Of a stretch of 64,000 nt of DNA, positions 40,366 through 52,019 are shown in pieces. Source of the DNA: Vicinamibacterales bacterium (GTDB taxonomy: Bacteria; Acidobacteriota; Vicinamibacteria; Vicinamibacterales; UBA2999); NCBI GenBank assembly GCA_030680175.1, contig JAUXWO010000113.1, positions 10,082-74,081 on the forward strand, read 5' to 3'. The stretch's first letter is position 1, and the number at the start of each line of letters is the position of its first letter. The translations under genes were made by a program, and so were the position numbers. The notes under the pieces are model-generated. The model was not told where the DNA came from. It ran no database searches and saw nothing but the letters and a program-made list of their open reading frames with translations.

Positions 40366-41621
40366 CTAGAGGACCCGATCAACGTAGGCCTTGCCGTCCT
40401 TCTCGCGAATCACACCGGCCGCCAGGGACGGATCGTGTTCGAAGAAGATGAGGTACTCGCCGTCGATGGCCTCGCGCGTGAATGCACGCTTGAACGCCAG
40501 GGTGTCCATCGGATACAGGTCGTAGCCCATCACCCACGGCGCGGGCAGGTGCGCCGAGGTCGGGAACATGTCGGCGACGAACACGGCGGTGCGGCCGCCC
40601 GAGGCGATGGTGACCACCTGATGGTGCATGGTGTGCCCGCCCGACCGCCGGTACCGGATGCCCGGCGCGACCTCGGCCCCATCGTCGACCAGCGTCAGGA
40701 CGCCGGCCTCCATCAGCGGCACGAAGTTCTCCTGCAGGTAGCTCGCGCGATTGCGCTCGTGCGGGTGTGTCGCGTCCTCCCACTCCTGGCGGTGGGCGAT
40801 GTACCGCGCCTTCGGGAAGCGCGGCACCAGGCGGCCGTCCGCCGCCGTCGCGGTGAAGCCGCCGACGTGATCGAAGTGCAGGTGGCTCGCCACGACGACG
40901 TCGATGTCCTCGGCCGTGAGCCCCGCCTCCGCCAGCGAGTGGTCCAGATGGTAGGCGCGCTCGAGGCCGTAGATGGCGGCGCTCTTCGCATCCATCTTGT
41001 CGCCGCAGCCCGCGTCGATGATCACGTTCTGGTCGCCCCGCACGAGCAGCGGGCGCATCCCGAGCGGAATGCGGTTGCGGTCGTCGGGCGGCAGCCGCGT
41101 CTCCCACAGCGGACGCGGGACGACACCGAACATCGCGCCTCCGTCGAGGGCGAAGAACCCGTCCGAGAGGGTGACGAGCTCGAGATCCCCGAGCGTGTGC
41201 CGTGCCGGTGTCCGGAACCGGGGGACGCGGTCGGCCGGCTGCTTGAGCTCCACGAGCACGCCATGCGAGGCCGAGGGGTGGACGAAGGCCACGAGCGCCC
41301 CCTCGGCCCCCGGGCGTGGCGTCTCGTCAATCAGGCGCACGCCGCGTGCCCGGAGCGTGGCCAGGGCCTGATGGATGTCCGGCACGCGGAACGCGACGTG
41401 ATGCAGGCCAGGGCCCCGCCGTTCGACGAACTTCGCGATCGCCGATTCGGGGGCGGTGGCTTCGAGCAGCTCCAGCTTCGGGTCGCCGGCCGGAAGGAAC
41501 GTCGCGCGCACCCGCTGCGAACCCACCTCCTCGGTCGCTTCGACGTGGAGGCCCAGCATGTCACGGAAGAAGGCGAGCGCCTTCTCCAGGTCCTGCACCG
41601 CGATGCCGAGGTGGTCCAGAA

Positions 41622-41625
<4 letters not shown>
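40366..41625 (-). CDS. mce: Methylmalonyl-CoA epimerase fused to an MBL-fold metallohydrolase (YtnP-like)
   Basis: N-terminal DHLGIAV...GPGLHHVAF...GVLVEL (Mce); C-terminal LDGGAMFGVVP, HLHFDH, GHT, MGYD, FEHD. Confidence 0.88.
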
Positions 41626-42574
<949 letters not shown>

Positions 42575-42578
<4 letters not shown>

Positions 42579-43717
42579 GCCGCCAGCAACTGGCGGGCGA
42601 TCACGAGCCGCTGCACCTCGCTCGTGCCCTCACCGATGGTGGTCAGCTTGACGTCGCGGAAGAACTTCTCCGCCGGGTAGTCCTTCACGAAGCCGTAGCC
42701 GCCATGAATCTGGACGCAGTCCTCGGACACGCGCACGGCAATCTCGCTCGAGTGGAGCTTCGCCATGGCGGATTCGAGGGTCATGCGCCGGCCCTGATCC
42801 TTCAGCCACGCCGCGCGGTAAGTCAGGAGCCGTGCCGCCTCGACCCGCGCCGCGTTGTCGACCAGCTTCCACCGGATCGACTGGAACGTGCCGATGGGCT
42901 GGCCAAACTGCCGGCGCTCGAAGGCGTACTGCTGCTGCGCCTCGAGGGCGCCCTGCGCCAGGCCGACGGCCAGCGCCGCGATCCCGATCCGGCCGGCATC
43001 GAGCACCTGGAGCGTCTGGATGAAGCCCTGCCCTTCCTCGCCGAGCATCTGCGAGGCCGGCACACGGCAGTTCTGGAAGAGGACCTCGGTCGTCTCGCTC
43101 GCGCGCATGCCGAGCTTGTCTTCCTTCTTCCCCGCGAGCAGGCCGGGCGTGCCGCGCTCGATGACGAACGCCGAGATGCCCTTGTTGCCCTTGGTGCGAT
43201 CCGTGACGGCCATCGCCACCAGCGTGTCGCCGGACTTGCCGTGCGTGATGAAGATCTTCGACCCGTTCAGCACCCAGCCATCCCCGTCGCGAACGGCGGT
43301 GGTGCGCATGGCGGCGGCGTCGCTCCCCGACCCGGGCTCGGTGAGGCCCCAGGCGGCGAGCTTCTCGCCGGTCGCCAGCGGCGTCAGGTACCGCGCCCGC
43401 TGCTCGTCGTTGCCGAAGAGGGCGATGTGCGCCGCGCCGAGGCCGTTGTGCGCGGCCACCGACAGCGACACGGAGGGATCGACGCGGGCGAGCTCCTCGA
43501 TGCAGATGCAGTAGTCGAGCGCCGACATCGCCGCGCCGCCGTACTGCTCGGGAAACTGGATGCCCATCAGCCCGAGTCCGGCCAGCTTCGGCAGCAGTTC
43601 GGCGGGAAAATGCTGCGCCTCGTCCCACTCGCGGACGAAGGGCTTCATCTCGGTCTCGGCAAACTCCCGCACGCTGCGGCGAAGGAGTACCTGCTCGTCG
43701 GACAGCTCGAAATCCAT
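42575..43717 (-). CDS. Acyl-CoA dehydrogenase
   Basis: [36 protein letters not shown]; start ATG 43717. Confidence 0.93.
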
Positions 43718-43813
43718 CAGAGAAACGATATCACACGGGTTCCGGCCCGATCGCCGGCGGCGCATCACATCCATGCGCGCCAGGCATCCTCGACCTCCAG
43801 CGCGCCGCCGGCC

Positions 43814-44770
43814 CTACACCCAGTGCGTATGCGGAGCGCGGTTCTCGACGAACCATCCGTACAACAGACGCCCGTAGGTGCGTGACTGGATCCCATGCGC
43901 CTCGAAGAACGGCCCGAGCGCGCGTTGCAGCGCCGGCAAACGGTAGAACGGGACGCCCGGGAAGTAGTGATGCTCCAGGTGAAGGTTCGAGTTCAGGTAC
44001 CAGAAGTTCCAGAACCAGTGCGCCCGCACCAGCGTGCTCCACTGCGCCGGATCGTCCGGATCGATCGCGTAGTGCTGCCCGAGCCGGTTGATGGTGAAGG
44101 CCACGGGGAACACGAAGAAGACCGGGACGATGTACGCGCGGAGCGCGGCCGCGCCGCCGAAGGCCCACCACACCCCGCCAAGGACGGCGAGATGCGCGCC
44201 GATCGACGCCAGCCGCTCCCACCGAATCGTCCGCTGCAGGGCCGGCGGGTACGTCGCCGTCTCGCGGCGCGCCGCGCGGAAGTAGATCGGGAACAGGGCC
44301 GGCGTCATGTAGAGCAGCTTCAGCCACCGCGCGTTGATCTTCGGCGACAGGTGGTGGCGCTTCGGGTCGTGATCGGACGAGCCCAGCTCCGCGTGATGAT
44401 CGAGGTGCCACCGCGTGAACTGCGTGGCCGAGAGGCCGCTCGGCATGGCGTAGAGCAGGCCGAGCAGGCGCTCCGCCCGCGGCCGCGGCGACGCGAACAC
44501 CGCGTGGTGCACGACCTCGTGCAGCAGGACGGTGAAGTTGAACACCGTCCATCCCTGCACCAGCGCGAGCGGCACCCACAGGGCCGGGTGCTCGAACCGG
44601 ACGAGCCCCCACGTCGCCAGGCCGAGCATGACGAACTGCCGCGCCGCCACCAGGAGATGGCGGGCCGGCGACTTCGCATGCAGGCGGAGGATCTCGTCCC
44701 GCGGCAGTGCCCGGCCCAGCTCCCGTTTGAGACCCGCCGCGTGCTCGCTGTAGTAGTGACGACCGGCCAT
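43814..44770 (-). CDS. Membrane fatty acid desaturase family protein
   Basis: His boxes HEVVH, HLDHH, HLEHH; start uncertain. Confidence 0.88.
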   Translation of the reverse strand: MAGRHYYSEHAAGLKRELGRALPRDEILRLHAKSPARHLLVAARQFVMLGLATWGLVRFEHPALWVPLALVQGWTVFNFTVLLHEVVHHAVFASPRPRAERLLGLLYAMPSGLSATQFTRWHLDHHAELGSSDHDPKRHHLSPKINARWLKLLYMTPALFPIYFRAARRETATYPPALQRTIRWERLASIGAHLAVLGGVWWAFGGAAALRAYIVPVFFVFPVAFTINRLGQHYAIDPDDPAQWSTLVRAHWFWNFWYLNSNLHLEHHYFPGVPFYRLPALQRALGPFFEAHGIQSRTYGRLLYGWFVENRAPHTHWV

Positions 44771-44819
44771 CAACCCCTGCTGCCCGCCCGCGCGCGGCGC
44801 GCCCTGCGGCATCGCCCCG

Positions 44820-45461
44820 CTAGTAATAGACGACCACGCGGAACGTCCCGCTGTTGTCCGCCAGATAGTCGTCATTGACCCCGAGGTAGAGTCGTCCGGA
44901 TTCGCGTACGCGAATCGCGCCTTCATCGTCGCCGATGAAGAAGGCATCGCCGGACTCGCCGATCCGGCCGATCAGCGCGGCGGCCGGCCTCGACGGCAAC
45001 GGCCGTGCGTCGTTCTCGGGCGAGTTGCGCTCGCCCGCCGGGCCGTCACGGCGTCCGCGGCCCCAGGTGACCTGTCCGGTGGCCGTGAAGTACACGACCT
45101 GCCCTGCGCGCACCTCCACGCCGGTGTCGCTCCAGAGCGTACGCGCCTGGACGGTCACGCGCCGCTCACGCAGCCCGCCCGGACGCCGGTCCCCGCGCCG
45201 GTCGCCATCGACGCCGCCGCCGGCGAACGAGTTGGTGCCGCCGGTCCGCCGCGCCTCGAACTCGATCCGCCGGACCTCGAACTGATCCACGCGCACCAGC
45301 CGTCCACGGTCGGGCTGGAACTCGACCACCCCGTTCCGAATCGACACGAGTTCGCCTTCGAGGCGCGTCCCGTCACGGAGGTAGAGCGTGTCGGCGGCCA
45401 GTCCCGCGACCGCGATCACGGCGATCCCGACGACGAGCCCGAGCCGGTGGATTCCCTGCAT
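44820..45461 (-). CDS. Secreted protein with a PA-IL/LecA-like C-terminal domain
   Basis: Signal peptide, DTLYLRDG N-domain, DTGVEV...ALIGRIG...GRLYLGVNDDYLADNSGTF. Confidence 0.7.
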   Translation of the reverse strand: MQGIHRLGLVVGIAVIAVAGLAADTLYLRDGTRLEGELVSIRNGVVEFQPDRGRLVRVDQFEVRRIEFEARRTGGTNSFAGGGVDGDRRGDRRPGGLRERRVTVQARTLWSDTGVEVRAGQVVYFTATGQVTWGRGRRDGPAGERNSPENDARPLPSRPAAALIGRIGESGDAFFIGDDEGAIRVRESGRLYLGVNDDYLADNSGTFRVVVYY

Positions 45462-45573
45462 GCGCGTCCTCCTCAATGTCGTAGGTCTGGCGAATGATCA
45501 TATGATCATCCGGGCCGGGCGCTGTGACGCGTCCGGTGGAGCCTCCCCCGGCGCCCGAATGGAGAACCGAGTG

Positions 45574-46059
45574 ATGACCGCAGTCCGCCGCCTCGTGCCC
45601 GGCCTCGTCCTGATCGGCCTGCTGCTCCCCGCCGCGCCCGCGTACGCCGACGCCACGCTCTTCCTCGGCATCACACCGACCCCGGAGAACCGGGCCGCCC
45701 GCGGCTTCTCCGTCGGGTTCGGCCTGCTCGTGCTCGGGTTCGAGTTCGAGTATGCCAACACGGTCGAGGATCTGGCTGAATCGGGCCCCGCCCTGACGAC
45801 GGGCATGGCCAACGTGCTGGTGCAGACGCCCGGCGTGGGCGGCCTGCAGCTCTATGCGACGGCCGGCGCCGGCCTCTACCGGGAGGAACTGGCGGCGCAC
45901 TCGGAAACGAGCATGGGGCTGAACACGGGCGGGGGCATCAAGGTGCGCCTCGCGGGCCCGCTCCGCATTCGTCTCGACTACCGCGCGTTCCGCCTGCAGG
46001 GCGACCCGCTCCACAAGACGTATCAGCGCTTCTACGCCGGCGCCAACCTGGCCTTCTAG
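45574..46059 (+). CDS. Small outer membrane beta-barrel protein
   Basis: Signal peptide ending AYA, alternating beta strands, C-terminal YAGANLAF. Confidence 0.78.
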   Translation: MTAVRRLVPGLVLIGLLLPAAPAYADATLFLGITPTPENRAARGFSVGFGLLVLGFEFEYANTVEDLAESGPALTTGMANVLVQTPGVGGLQLYATAGAGLYREELAAHSETSMGLNTGGGIKVRLAGPLRIRLDYRAFRLQGDPLHKTYQRFYAGANLAF

Positions 46060-46193
46060 TGGAGTGTCTCGACTGAAGCGGTACTACCTGCATCTCCGCT
46101 CAACCGCGACTCTGCGGGCCGCCCAACGGGCGGCCCGGTCGTTCTTCGTCAACGACACGCCACTGGTGGCGTGTCTCGACTGAAGCGGGACTA
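46056..46193. repeat. MITE-like element with a tandem partial second copy
   Basis: CTAGTGGAGTGTCTCGACTGAAGCGGTACTA (46056-46086) recurs as CTGGTGGCGTGTCTCGACTGAAGCGGGACTA (46163-46193); right end GACACGCCACTGG; internal hairpin GGGCCGCCC-AAC-GGGCGGCCC. Confidence 0.8.
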
Positions 46194-46748
46194 GCGGCCG
46201 CCCGGCGGCTTGACGCCGGCCGGCGGCGCGGCGGGCGCCAGCGTCATGTTCGCGATCTCGACGAGGCTGAGCTTCGACGGCGGGCCGGCGTGCGCGTTCC
46301 GGTACTTCACCAGCAGCTCCTCGGGCGCGCCGTCCACCAGCGCATCGAGCACCGCCGAGGGACGGTAGTCCACGCCGGGCACCACGGGCGAGATGAGGTG
46401 CACGTAGAGCGCCTGCCCCTTGGCGTCGGGTTCGCTCGCCTTGTAGACGCGCCACCCCGCCGCCTGCGTGCGCCGCGCCGGATCGGGGCTGGCGGCCAAG
46501 GCGGCCTGGAGGGCACGGATCATCGCTTCATAGTCGGCCGTCGTCGCGGCCGCGACGGGCACGAGGAGCAGGCCGACCTCCGTCTCGAACTGCACGACGG
46601 CCGGATCCTCGGACAGCCGGGCGGTCTCGGTGACGGGCGGGACAGGGGGTTGGGCGAGCGCGGCCTGCGGCCACAGCGGGGCCGCAGCGACGATGGCCCC
46701 GGACAGGGCCCACGGCAGCCACCGCGGACGGGTGGGCACTGGAATCAC
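46191..46748 (-). CDS. Hypothetical secreted protein, paralog of 46813-47370
   Basis: Signal peptide; ADYEAMIRALQAAL...RRTQAAGWRVYK...YVHLISPVVPGVDY. Confidence 0.78.
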   Translation of the reverse strand: MIPVPTRPRWLPWALSGAIVAAAPLWPQAALAQPPVPPVTETARLSEDPAVVQFETEVGLLLVPVAAATTADYEAMIRALQAALAASPDPARRTQAAGWRVYKASEPDAKGQALYVHLISPVVPGVDYRPSAVLDALVDGAPEELLVKYRNAHAGPPSKLSLVEIANMTLAPAAPPAGVKPPGGR

Positions 46749-46812
46749 GAATCGAGGGGATGAGACCGGTGGCGTGCGCGCCCCGGGGAACCGGCCCCCG
46801 GGGCGCTCCCCC

Positions 46813-47370
46813 CTACTGTCCCATCAACATGAAGCCGTTCAGCGAGCTGATTGCGCGACCCGCAAACGAATCACGGTACTTCACGAACAGCTCCTGCACT
46901 TCCACCGGGAAGACCTCGGCGATGAGGCGCGTGAGATCGTACTCCTCGCCCTTGACGACCGGGTCGATCACCATGACGTACACGGCGCTGCCCTGGGCCA
47001 ACTGCGGCGACTTGAAGATCTTCCACCCCGCCGCCTGCTGACGCCGCGTGGGGTTCTCGCTCTTCTGGAGCGCCTCCTTCAGCTTGGTCAGCACCTCTTC
47101 GAAGTCCGCGACCTTGTCGGGCTTGATGAGGATGCTGATGACGGCGGCATCGCCGTCCAGCGTCAGCACCGGCTTGGCAGGCTCCTGCGGCGCCGCCTGG
47201 GCCTCGGGCGCGGGATCCTGCGCGAACGAGGGTGTGGCCACGACGGTGGCCACGGCGAAGGCGACCCCCATCACGAACGACCGGCGCGCAGCCGGTGAGA
47301 AACTGCAAACTCCAAGCATTGAGCGGCCTCCTTCAAGAATGGCGGTTACTCTACCGTACAGACCGGCCAA
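46813..47370 (-). CDS. Hypothetical secreted protein, paralog of 46191-46748
   Basis: Signal peptide; ADFEEVLTKLKEAL...RRQQAAGWKIFK...YVMVIDPVVKGEEY; real start probably downstream (ATG 47319). Confidence 0.8.
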   Translation of the reverse strand: MAGLYGRVTAILEGGRSMLGVCSFSPAARRSFVMGVAFAVATVVATPSFAQDPAPEAQAAPQEPAKPVLTLDGDAAVISILIKPDKVADFEEVLTKLKEALQKSENPTRRQQAAGWKIFKSPQLAQGSAVYVMVIDPVVKGEEYDLTRLIAEVFPVEVQELFVKYRDSFAGRAISSLNGFMLMGQ

Positions 47371-48490
47371 TGAAAACCATCATGATTTCATTGGCCACGA
47401 GCATGCCGTCCCTCGTGAGCGCCAGCCGCTCCCCGGGACGATGGACGAGGAGGCCGGCCTCGACGAACGGGGCCAGCTCCGTGCCGTAATCATTCCACAC
47501 GTCGAGTCCATATGCGTCACGAAGTACGCGGAGGTCCACACCGTCCGTCAGGCGGAGCCCCATGAAGATGGCTTCACCGGCCCGCTCTTCGCGCGGCCGC
47601 GCGGCCTCGTCGACGCGCACCGTCTCCCCGCGCTCGAGGCGTGCCACGTAGTCGCCGGTGCCCGACACGTTGCGCCACCGCCGATCGCCGCGGGTCGAAT
47701 GCGCCCCACACCCGAACCCCGCCCACGCACCGTCCTGCCAGTACTTCAGGTTGTGGCGCGACTGCCGTCCAGGTCTGGCGACATTCGAGATCTCGTACTG
47801 GGCATAGCCGGCGGCGTCGAGCCGGGCCATGGCCTCGAGGTACATCGCTGCTGCGTCCTCGTCGGGCGCCACCGACCAGCCCCCACGCGCCATCTCGTCA
47901 CGAAGGGGCGCGTTCGGATAGATCTCGAGCAGGTACAGCGACGCGTGCTCGGGGCCGCACGCGATGAGCGCGTCGACCGACGACAGCCACGCGTCCACGG
48001 ACTGGCCGGGCAGCCACATCATCAGGTCGAGGCTCACGTTGTCGAAGCCCGCGGCACGCGCGGCGTCGAGGGCGCGGCGCGCCGTGTCGGCGGTGTGCAG
48101 GCGCCCGAGCCGCGTCAGCTCCTCGTCGCGGAACGACTGCACGCCGTAGCTGAGACGCGTGATGCCGGCGTCGCGGAAGCCCGCCAGCCGCGCCTCGTCG
48201 ACCGTCTCGGGATTGGCTTCGAGCGTCACCTCGGCGTCCGGCGTCACCGCAAAGGCGTCGCGGCAGGCGCGGATGAGGGCCGCGACGTCTCCCGGCTCGA
48301 GCAGCGACGGCGTGCCGCCGCCGAAGAAGATCGTGTCCGCCGCGGTCCCGGGCTCTGCCGCCGCACGGATCTCGGCCACGAGCGCCTGGACGTACCGGGT
48401 CTTGAGCGGCCCGTCGAACAGGCCGCGATTGAAATTGCAGTAGTTGCAGATGGCGGCGCAGAACGGGATGTGGAGGTAGATCCCAATCAC
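47351..48490 (-). CDS. hemW: Radical SAM heme chaperone HemW
   Basis: YLHIPFCAAICNYCNF, FGGGTPS, YEISN, HNLKYW. Confidence 0.92.
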   Translation of the reverse strand: MIGIYLHIPFCAAICNYCNFNRGLFDGPLKTRYVQALVAEIRAAAEPGTAADTIFFGGGTPSLLEPGDVAALIRACRDAFAVTPDAEVTLEANPETVDEARLAGFRDAGITRLSYGVQSFRDEELTRLGRLHTADTARRALDAARAAGFDNVSLDLMMWLPGQSVDAWLSSVDALIACGPEHASLYLLEIYPNAPLRDEMARGGWSVAPDEDAAAMYLEAMARLDAAGYAQYEISNVARPGRQSRHNLKYWQDGAWAGFGCGAHSTRGDRRWRNVSGTGDYVARLERGETVRVDEAARPREERAGEAIFMGLRLTDGVDLRVLRDAYGLDVWNDYGTELAPFVEAGLLVHRPGERLALTRDGMLVANEIMMVFIGRSVR

Positions 48491-48508
48491 TGATGCATCA
48501 CTGGATCA

Positions 48509-48620
48509 CGTACAAACACGAAGGACACGAAGGCCACGAAGACGGACGAACACAAGACGCTCAGACCCCCAAGGAAAACTTCGTGCGTCCTTCGTCTCGT
48601 CGTGACCTTCGTGTTTGTCG
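48509..48620. repeat. CACGAAGG-array hairpin element, copy 3
   Basis: cgtacaaacacgaaggacacgaaggccacgaagac ... cttcgtgcgtccttcgtctcgtcgtgaccttcgtgtttgtcg. Confidence 0.85.
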
Positions 48621-48628
48621 TCTCGACG

Positions 48629-49489
48629 TCACGAGCCGGCTTTGCCGCCGGTCCACTTGAGCTCCGCCGGTCCCCGCTCGCGCAACTGGGCGCGGGCCAT
48701 GCCGCGCGAGCGATCCGGCAGCCGGCGGGTGCCGCGCAGGTTCTCGGGCGAGAGGGGCGAGCGCTCGTGGTACCGCGCGATGTCGCCGGGTGTCGGGTTG
48801 GGGCCGCCGACCTCGCGGGCGTCGATGCCCTCCATGTGCACCCAGTCGCACATCTCGAACAGCCGCGACCGGATGCGCGCGCCCAGCCGGAAGACCATCG
48901 AGTTGGGGTCGCCGCTGTCGGGGCCGTCCTCGAGGTTCGTGGTGAAGATGGTGGGCCGCCCCTCGCTGTAGCGGGTGTTGACGACGAGCCCGAGCGTTTC
49001 CTGGACCCACTCCGACGTCTTCTCCGCCCCGAGGTCGTCGAGCACGAGCAGGTCCGCGTCGAGCACGGGGCGCAGCACCTCCATCTCCGTCTCGTCGCCG
49101 CCCGAGCTGTACGTGTCGCGCACGAGCTTCAGCAGCTCCCGCGTCTCGTAGAAGTAGCCGCGGGCGCCGCGCTGGCCGACGACCGCCTTCAGGATCGCGA
49201 CGGCGAGGTGCGTCTTGCCGACGCCGTGCTGGCCGCGCAGCAGCAACCCGCGATCGACGACGGGGAACGCGTCGATGAAGGCGCGCGCCTTGCGGTGCGC
49301 CTCGCGCAGCGAGTCGTAGCTCTGCTCGAAGTTCGTGAGCTCGCAGTGGCGGTACCGGCGCGGAATCCGCGCGGCGGCGAGCGAGTGCTCGACGAGCTTC
49401 GCCTGCCAGCAGTCGCACCGCGCGACCTGCTCCACGCCGTCCGCCTCCACCGTCTTCCAGCCGCTGTCGCCGCAGATCTCACACGCCAT
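48629..49489 (-). CDS. DnaC/IstB-like AAA+ ATPase with an N-terminal Zn-binding motif (probable helicase loader)
   Basis: CEICGDSGW...CDC, GQHGVGKTHL, LLVLDDLG, TIFTTN, RIRSRL. Confidence 0.85.
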   Translation of the reverse strand: MACEICGDSGWKTVEADGVEQVARCDCWQAKLVEHSLAAARIPRRYRHCELTNFEQSYDSLREAHRKARAFIDAFPVVDRGLLLRGQHGVGKTHLAVAILKAVVGQRGARGYFYETRELLKLVRDTYSSGGDETEMEVLRPVLDADLLVLDDLGAEKTSEWVQETLGLVVNTRYSEGRPTIFTTNLEDGPDSGDPNSMVFRLGARIRSRLFEMCDWVHMEGIDAREVGGPNPTPGDIARYHERSPLSPENLRGTRRLPDRSRGMARAQLRERGPAELKWTGGKAGS

Positions 49490-49510
49490 GACCGTCCTGC
49501 CCGTCCGCGT

Positions 49511-50362
49511 TCAATTCAGATAACTCTTCAACGTCGTGTAGCGCCGCAGCTTCTGGAGCGCCCGCGACTCGAGCTGACGCACGCGTTCGCGCGACAGATG
49601 GAGCCGTTCGCCCGCCTGCCGCAGCGTCTGCGGATCGCCGTCGGCCAGCCCGTACCGCAGCCGCATCACCTCGCGCTCGCGCGGCTCCAGTTCGTCGAGC
49701 GCCCGGGCCAGATGGCGCGCGAACGCCTCGCGCAGCAGCGCGTCCTCGACGTGCGGCAGCGCCGTCTCGTCGGCCAGCGTGTCCCCCACCTCCGGCGCGT
49801 CCTCGCCCCCGCCCACGCGATCGCTGAGCGACACATCGTCGGCCTGGAGCTGCAGGAGCAACTGGACGTCCGCGTCGGTGATCTCGAGTTCGTCGGCGAT
49901 CTCCTGCACCGTCGGTGCGTGCTCGAGCTGCGCGGCGAGGGCGGCCACCTGGCGGCCGAAGCGGGCGGCCGCGCCGGACACGCGGTCGGGCACGGTGTAG
50001 ACGCGGGCCTCCTCCGAGAGCAGGTGCATGATCGCCTGCCGGATCCACCACACCGCATACGTGATGAACCGGACGTTGCGTTCGGGGTCGAAGCGGCGCG
50101 CGCCTTCGATGAGGCCGAGGTTGCCCTCGTGAATCAGATCCAGGAAGGGCACGCCGAGCCGGCGGTACCGCTTCGCGTAGCTGACGACGAAGCGGAGGTT
50201 GCCTTCGACGAGCGCGGCCAGTGCCGCCTCGTCGCCGTGCTGCTGGATGCGGCGTCCGAGATCCCGCTCCTCGTCCGGCGTGAGGCGGGGGCACTTCGCG
50301 ATGGCGCGCAGGTAGGCCTGCAGGCTGGCCGCATCCGCCGCGAGCGTCTCGAGCTTGCGCAT
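49511..50362 (-). CDS. Alternative sigma-70 family factor (RpoD/RpoS-like regions 1.2-4)
   Basis: NLRFVVSYAKRY, DLIHEGNLGL, FITYAVWWIRQAI, SRERVRQLE. Confidence 0.9.
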   Translation of the reverse strand: MRKLETLAADAASLQAYLRAIAKCPRLTPDEERDLGRRIQQHGDEAALAALVEGNLRFVVSYAKRYRRLGVPFLDLIHEGNLGLIEGARRFDPERNVRFITYAVWWIRQAIMHLLSEEARVYTVPDRVSGAAARFGRQVAALAAQLEHAPTVQEIADELEITDADVQLLLQLQADDVSLSDRVGGGEDAPEVGDTLADETALPHVEDALLREAFARHLARALDELEPREREVMRLRYGLADGDPQTLRQAGERLHLSRERVRQLESRALQKLRRYTTLKSYLN

Positions 50363-50403
50363 CCCGCGGCGATCTTACCACCGCGGCCCGGCGCCGGCAC
50401 CGG

Positions 50404-50862
<459 letters not shown>

Positions 50863-50879
50863 CGTCGTCTCGACCCGTG

Positions 50880-51980
50880 TCAGCCCGCGTCGAAGGCGCC
50901 GGCCCTGACACTCTCGCCGTTCAGCCGGCCGAACTCGCGCAGCAGTTCCTTGGAGCGCTCGTCGAGCAGGCGCGGCAGCATCAGGCGCACCTCCACGACG
51001 AGGTCGCCGCGCCGCCCGTCGCGCGGCGACGGGACGCCGCGCTCGCGCATGCGGAAGCGCTGCCCGGACTGCGTGCCCGGAGGAATCCGTACGCGCGCCG
51101 GACCATCCGGCGTGGGGACGTCGACGCGGGCGCCGAGCGCGGCCTCGTCGATCGCGATGGGGACGGTGAGATGCAGATCCTCGCCGCGCCGCTCGAAGAA
51201 GGGATGCGGCGCCACCTCGATCTCGATGTACAGGTCGCCGGGCGGCCCGCCGCGGACGCCCGCATGGCCCTTGCCCGCCACGCGCACCCGCGCGCCGGTG
51301 TCCACGCCCGGGGGCACGCGCACGCGCACGATCTCGCTGCGCGCCTCGACGCCCTGGCCATGACAGGTGTCGCACGGCTGCTGCCGCAGGCGGCCGGCGC
51401 CGCCGCAGGCGCCACAGGTCTTGGCGAAGACCATGTGCCCCCGGACGGACCGCACCGTGCCGCCGCCGCCGCACGCCACGCAGGCCGACTCGACCGTCCG
51501 ATGCACGCCGCCGCCCTCGCAGCTGCCGCACACCTCATGCCGCGTGACCGTCTCGACGTGGGTCATGCCGTGCCACGCCTCCTCGAAGCTGAGCGTGACG
51601 CGCCGGTGGAGATCGGCCCCGGCCTGCGGTCCCGCCGCGTCCGACGGGTTGGCGCGCCGCGTGAACACCTCTTCAAAGAGGTCGCCGAACGTAGTCGCGC
51701 GTTCCGCGTGCGCGCGGGCGCTGAAGTCGAAGCCCGCAAACCCGACCGACGGGCCGCCGCCGGCGGCCGACGGCACCTGGCCGGTGTCGTACCGGCGGCG
51801 CCGGTCCGGGTCGATGAGCGTCTCGTACGCCTCGAGGATCTGGTGGAACCGCCGCTCGGCCTCCCCGTCGCCCGGATTGATGTCGGGGTGGTACCGGCGC
51901 GCAAGACGACGGTACGCCCGCTTGATGTCCGCGGGCGTGGCCTGCCGTTCGATCCCGAGCACGATGTAGAGGTCCATCAT
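50880..51980 (-). CDS. dnaJ: Chaperone DnaJ
   Basis: HPD J-domain, four CxxCxGxG repeats, GDLY C-terminal domain. Confidence 0.93.
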   Translation of the reverse strand: MMDLYIVLGIERQATPADIKRAYRRLARRYHPDINPGDGEAERRFHQILEAYETLIDPDRRRRYDTGQVPSAAGGGPSVGFAGFDFSARAHAERATTFGDLFEEVFTRRANPSDAAGPQAGADLHRRVTLSFEEAWHGMTHVETVTRHEVCGSCEGGGVHRTVESACVACGGGGTVRSVRGHMVFAKTCGACGGAGRLRQQPCDTCHGQGVEARSEIVRVRVPPGVDTGARVRVAGKGHAGVRGGPPGDLYIEIEVAPHPFFERRGEDLHLTVPIAIDEAALGARVDVPTPDGPARVRIPPGTQSGQRFRMRERGVPSPRDGRRGDLVVEVRLMLPRLLDERSKELLREFGRLNGESVRAGAFDAG

Positions 51981-52019
51981 GTCGTCCCTGCCGCCGATCG
52001 CGGCGCCCCCGGCGGCCGA

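Noticed and set aside
46056-46193. 31-bp direct repeats as a mini CRISPR array
   Set aside because: Only two imperfect copies, a 76-nt spacer homologous to another intergenic element, and no cas genes
48629-49489. IS21 IstB helper indicating an insertion sequence
   Set aside because: No IstA transposase or IS ends; the Zn-motif N-terminus and housekeeping context fit a DnaC-like loader
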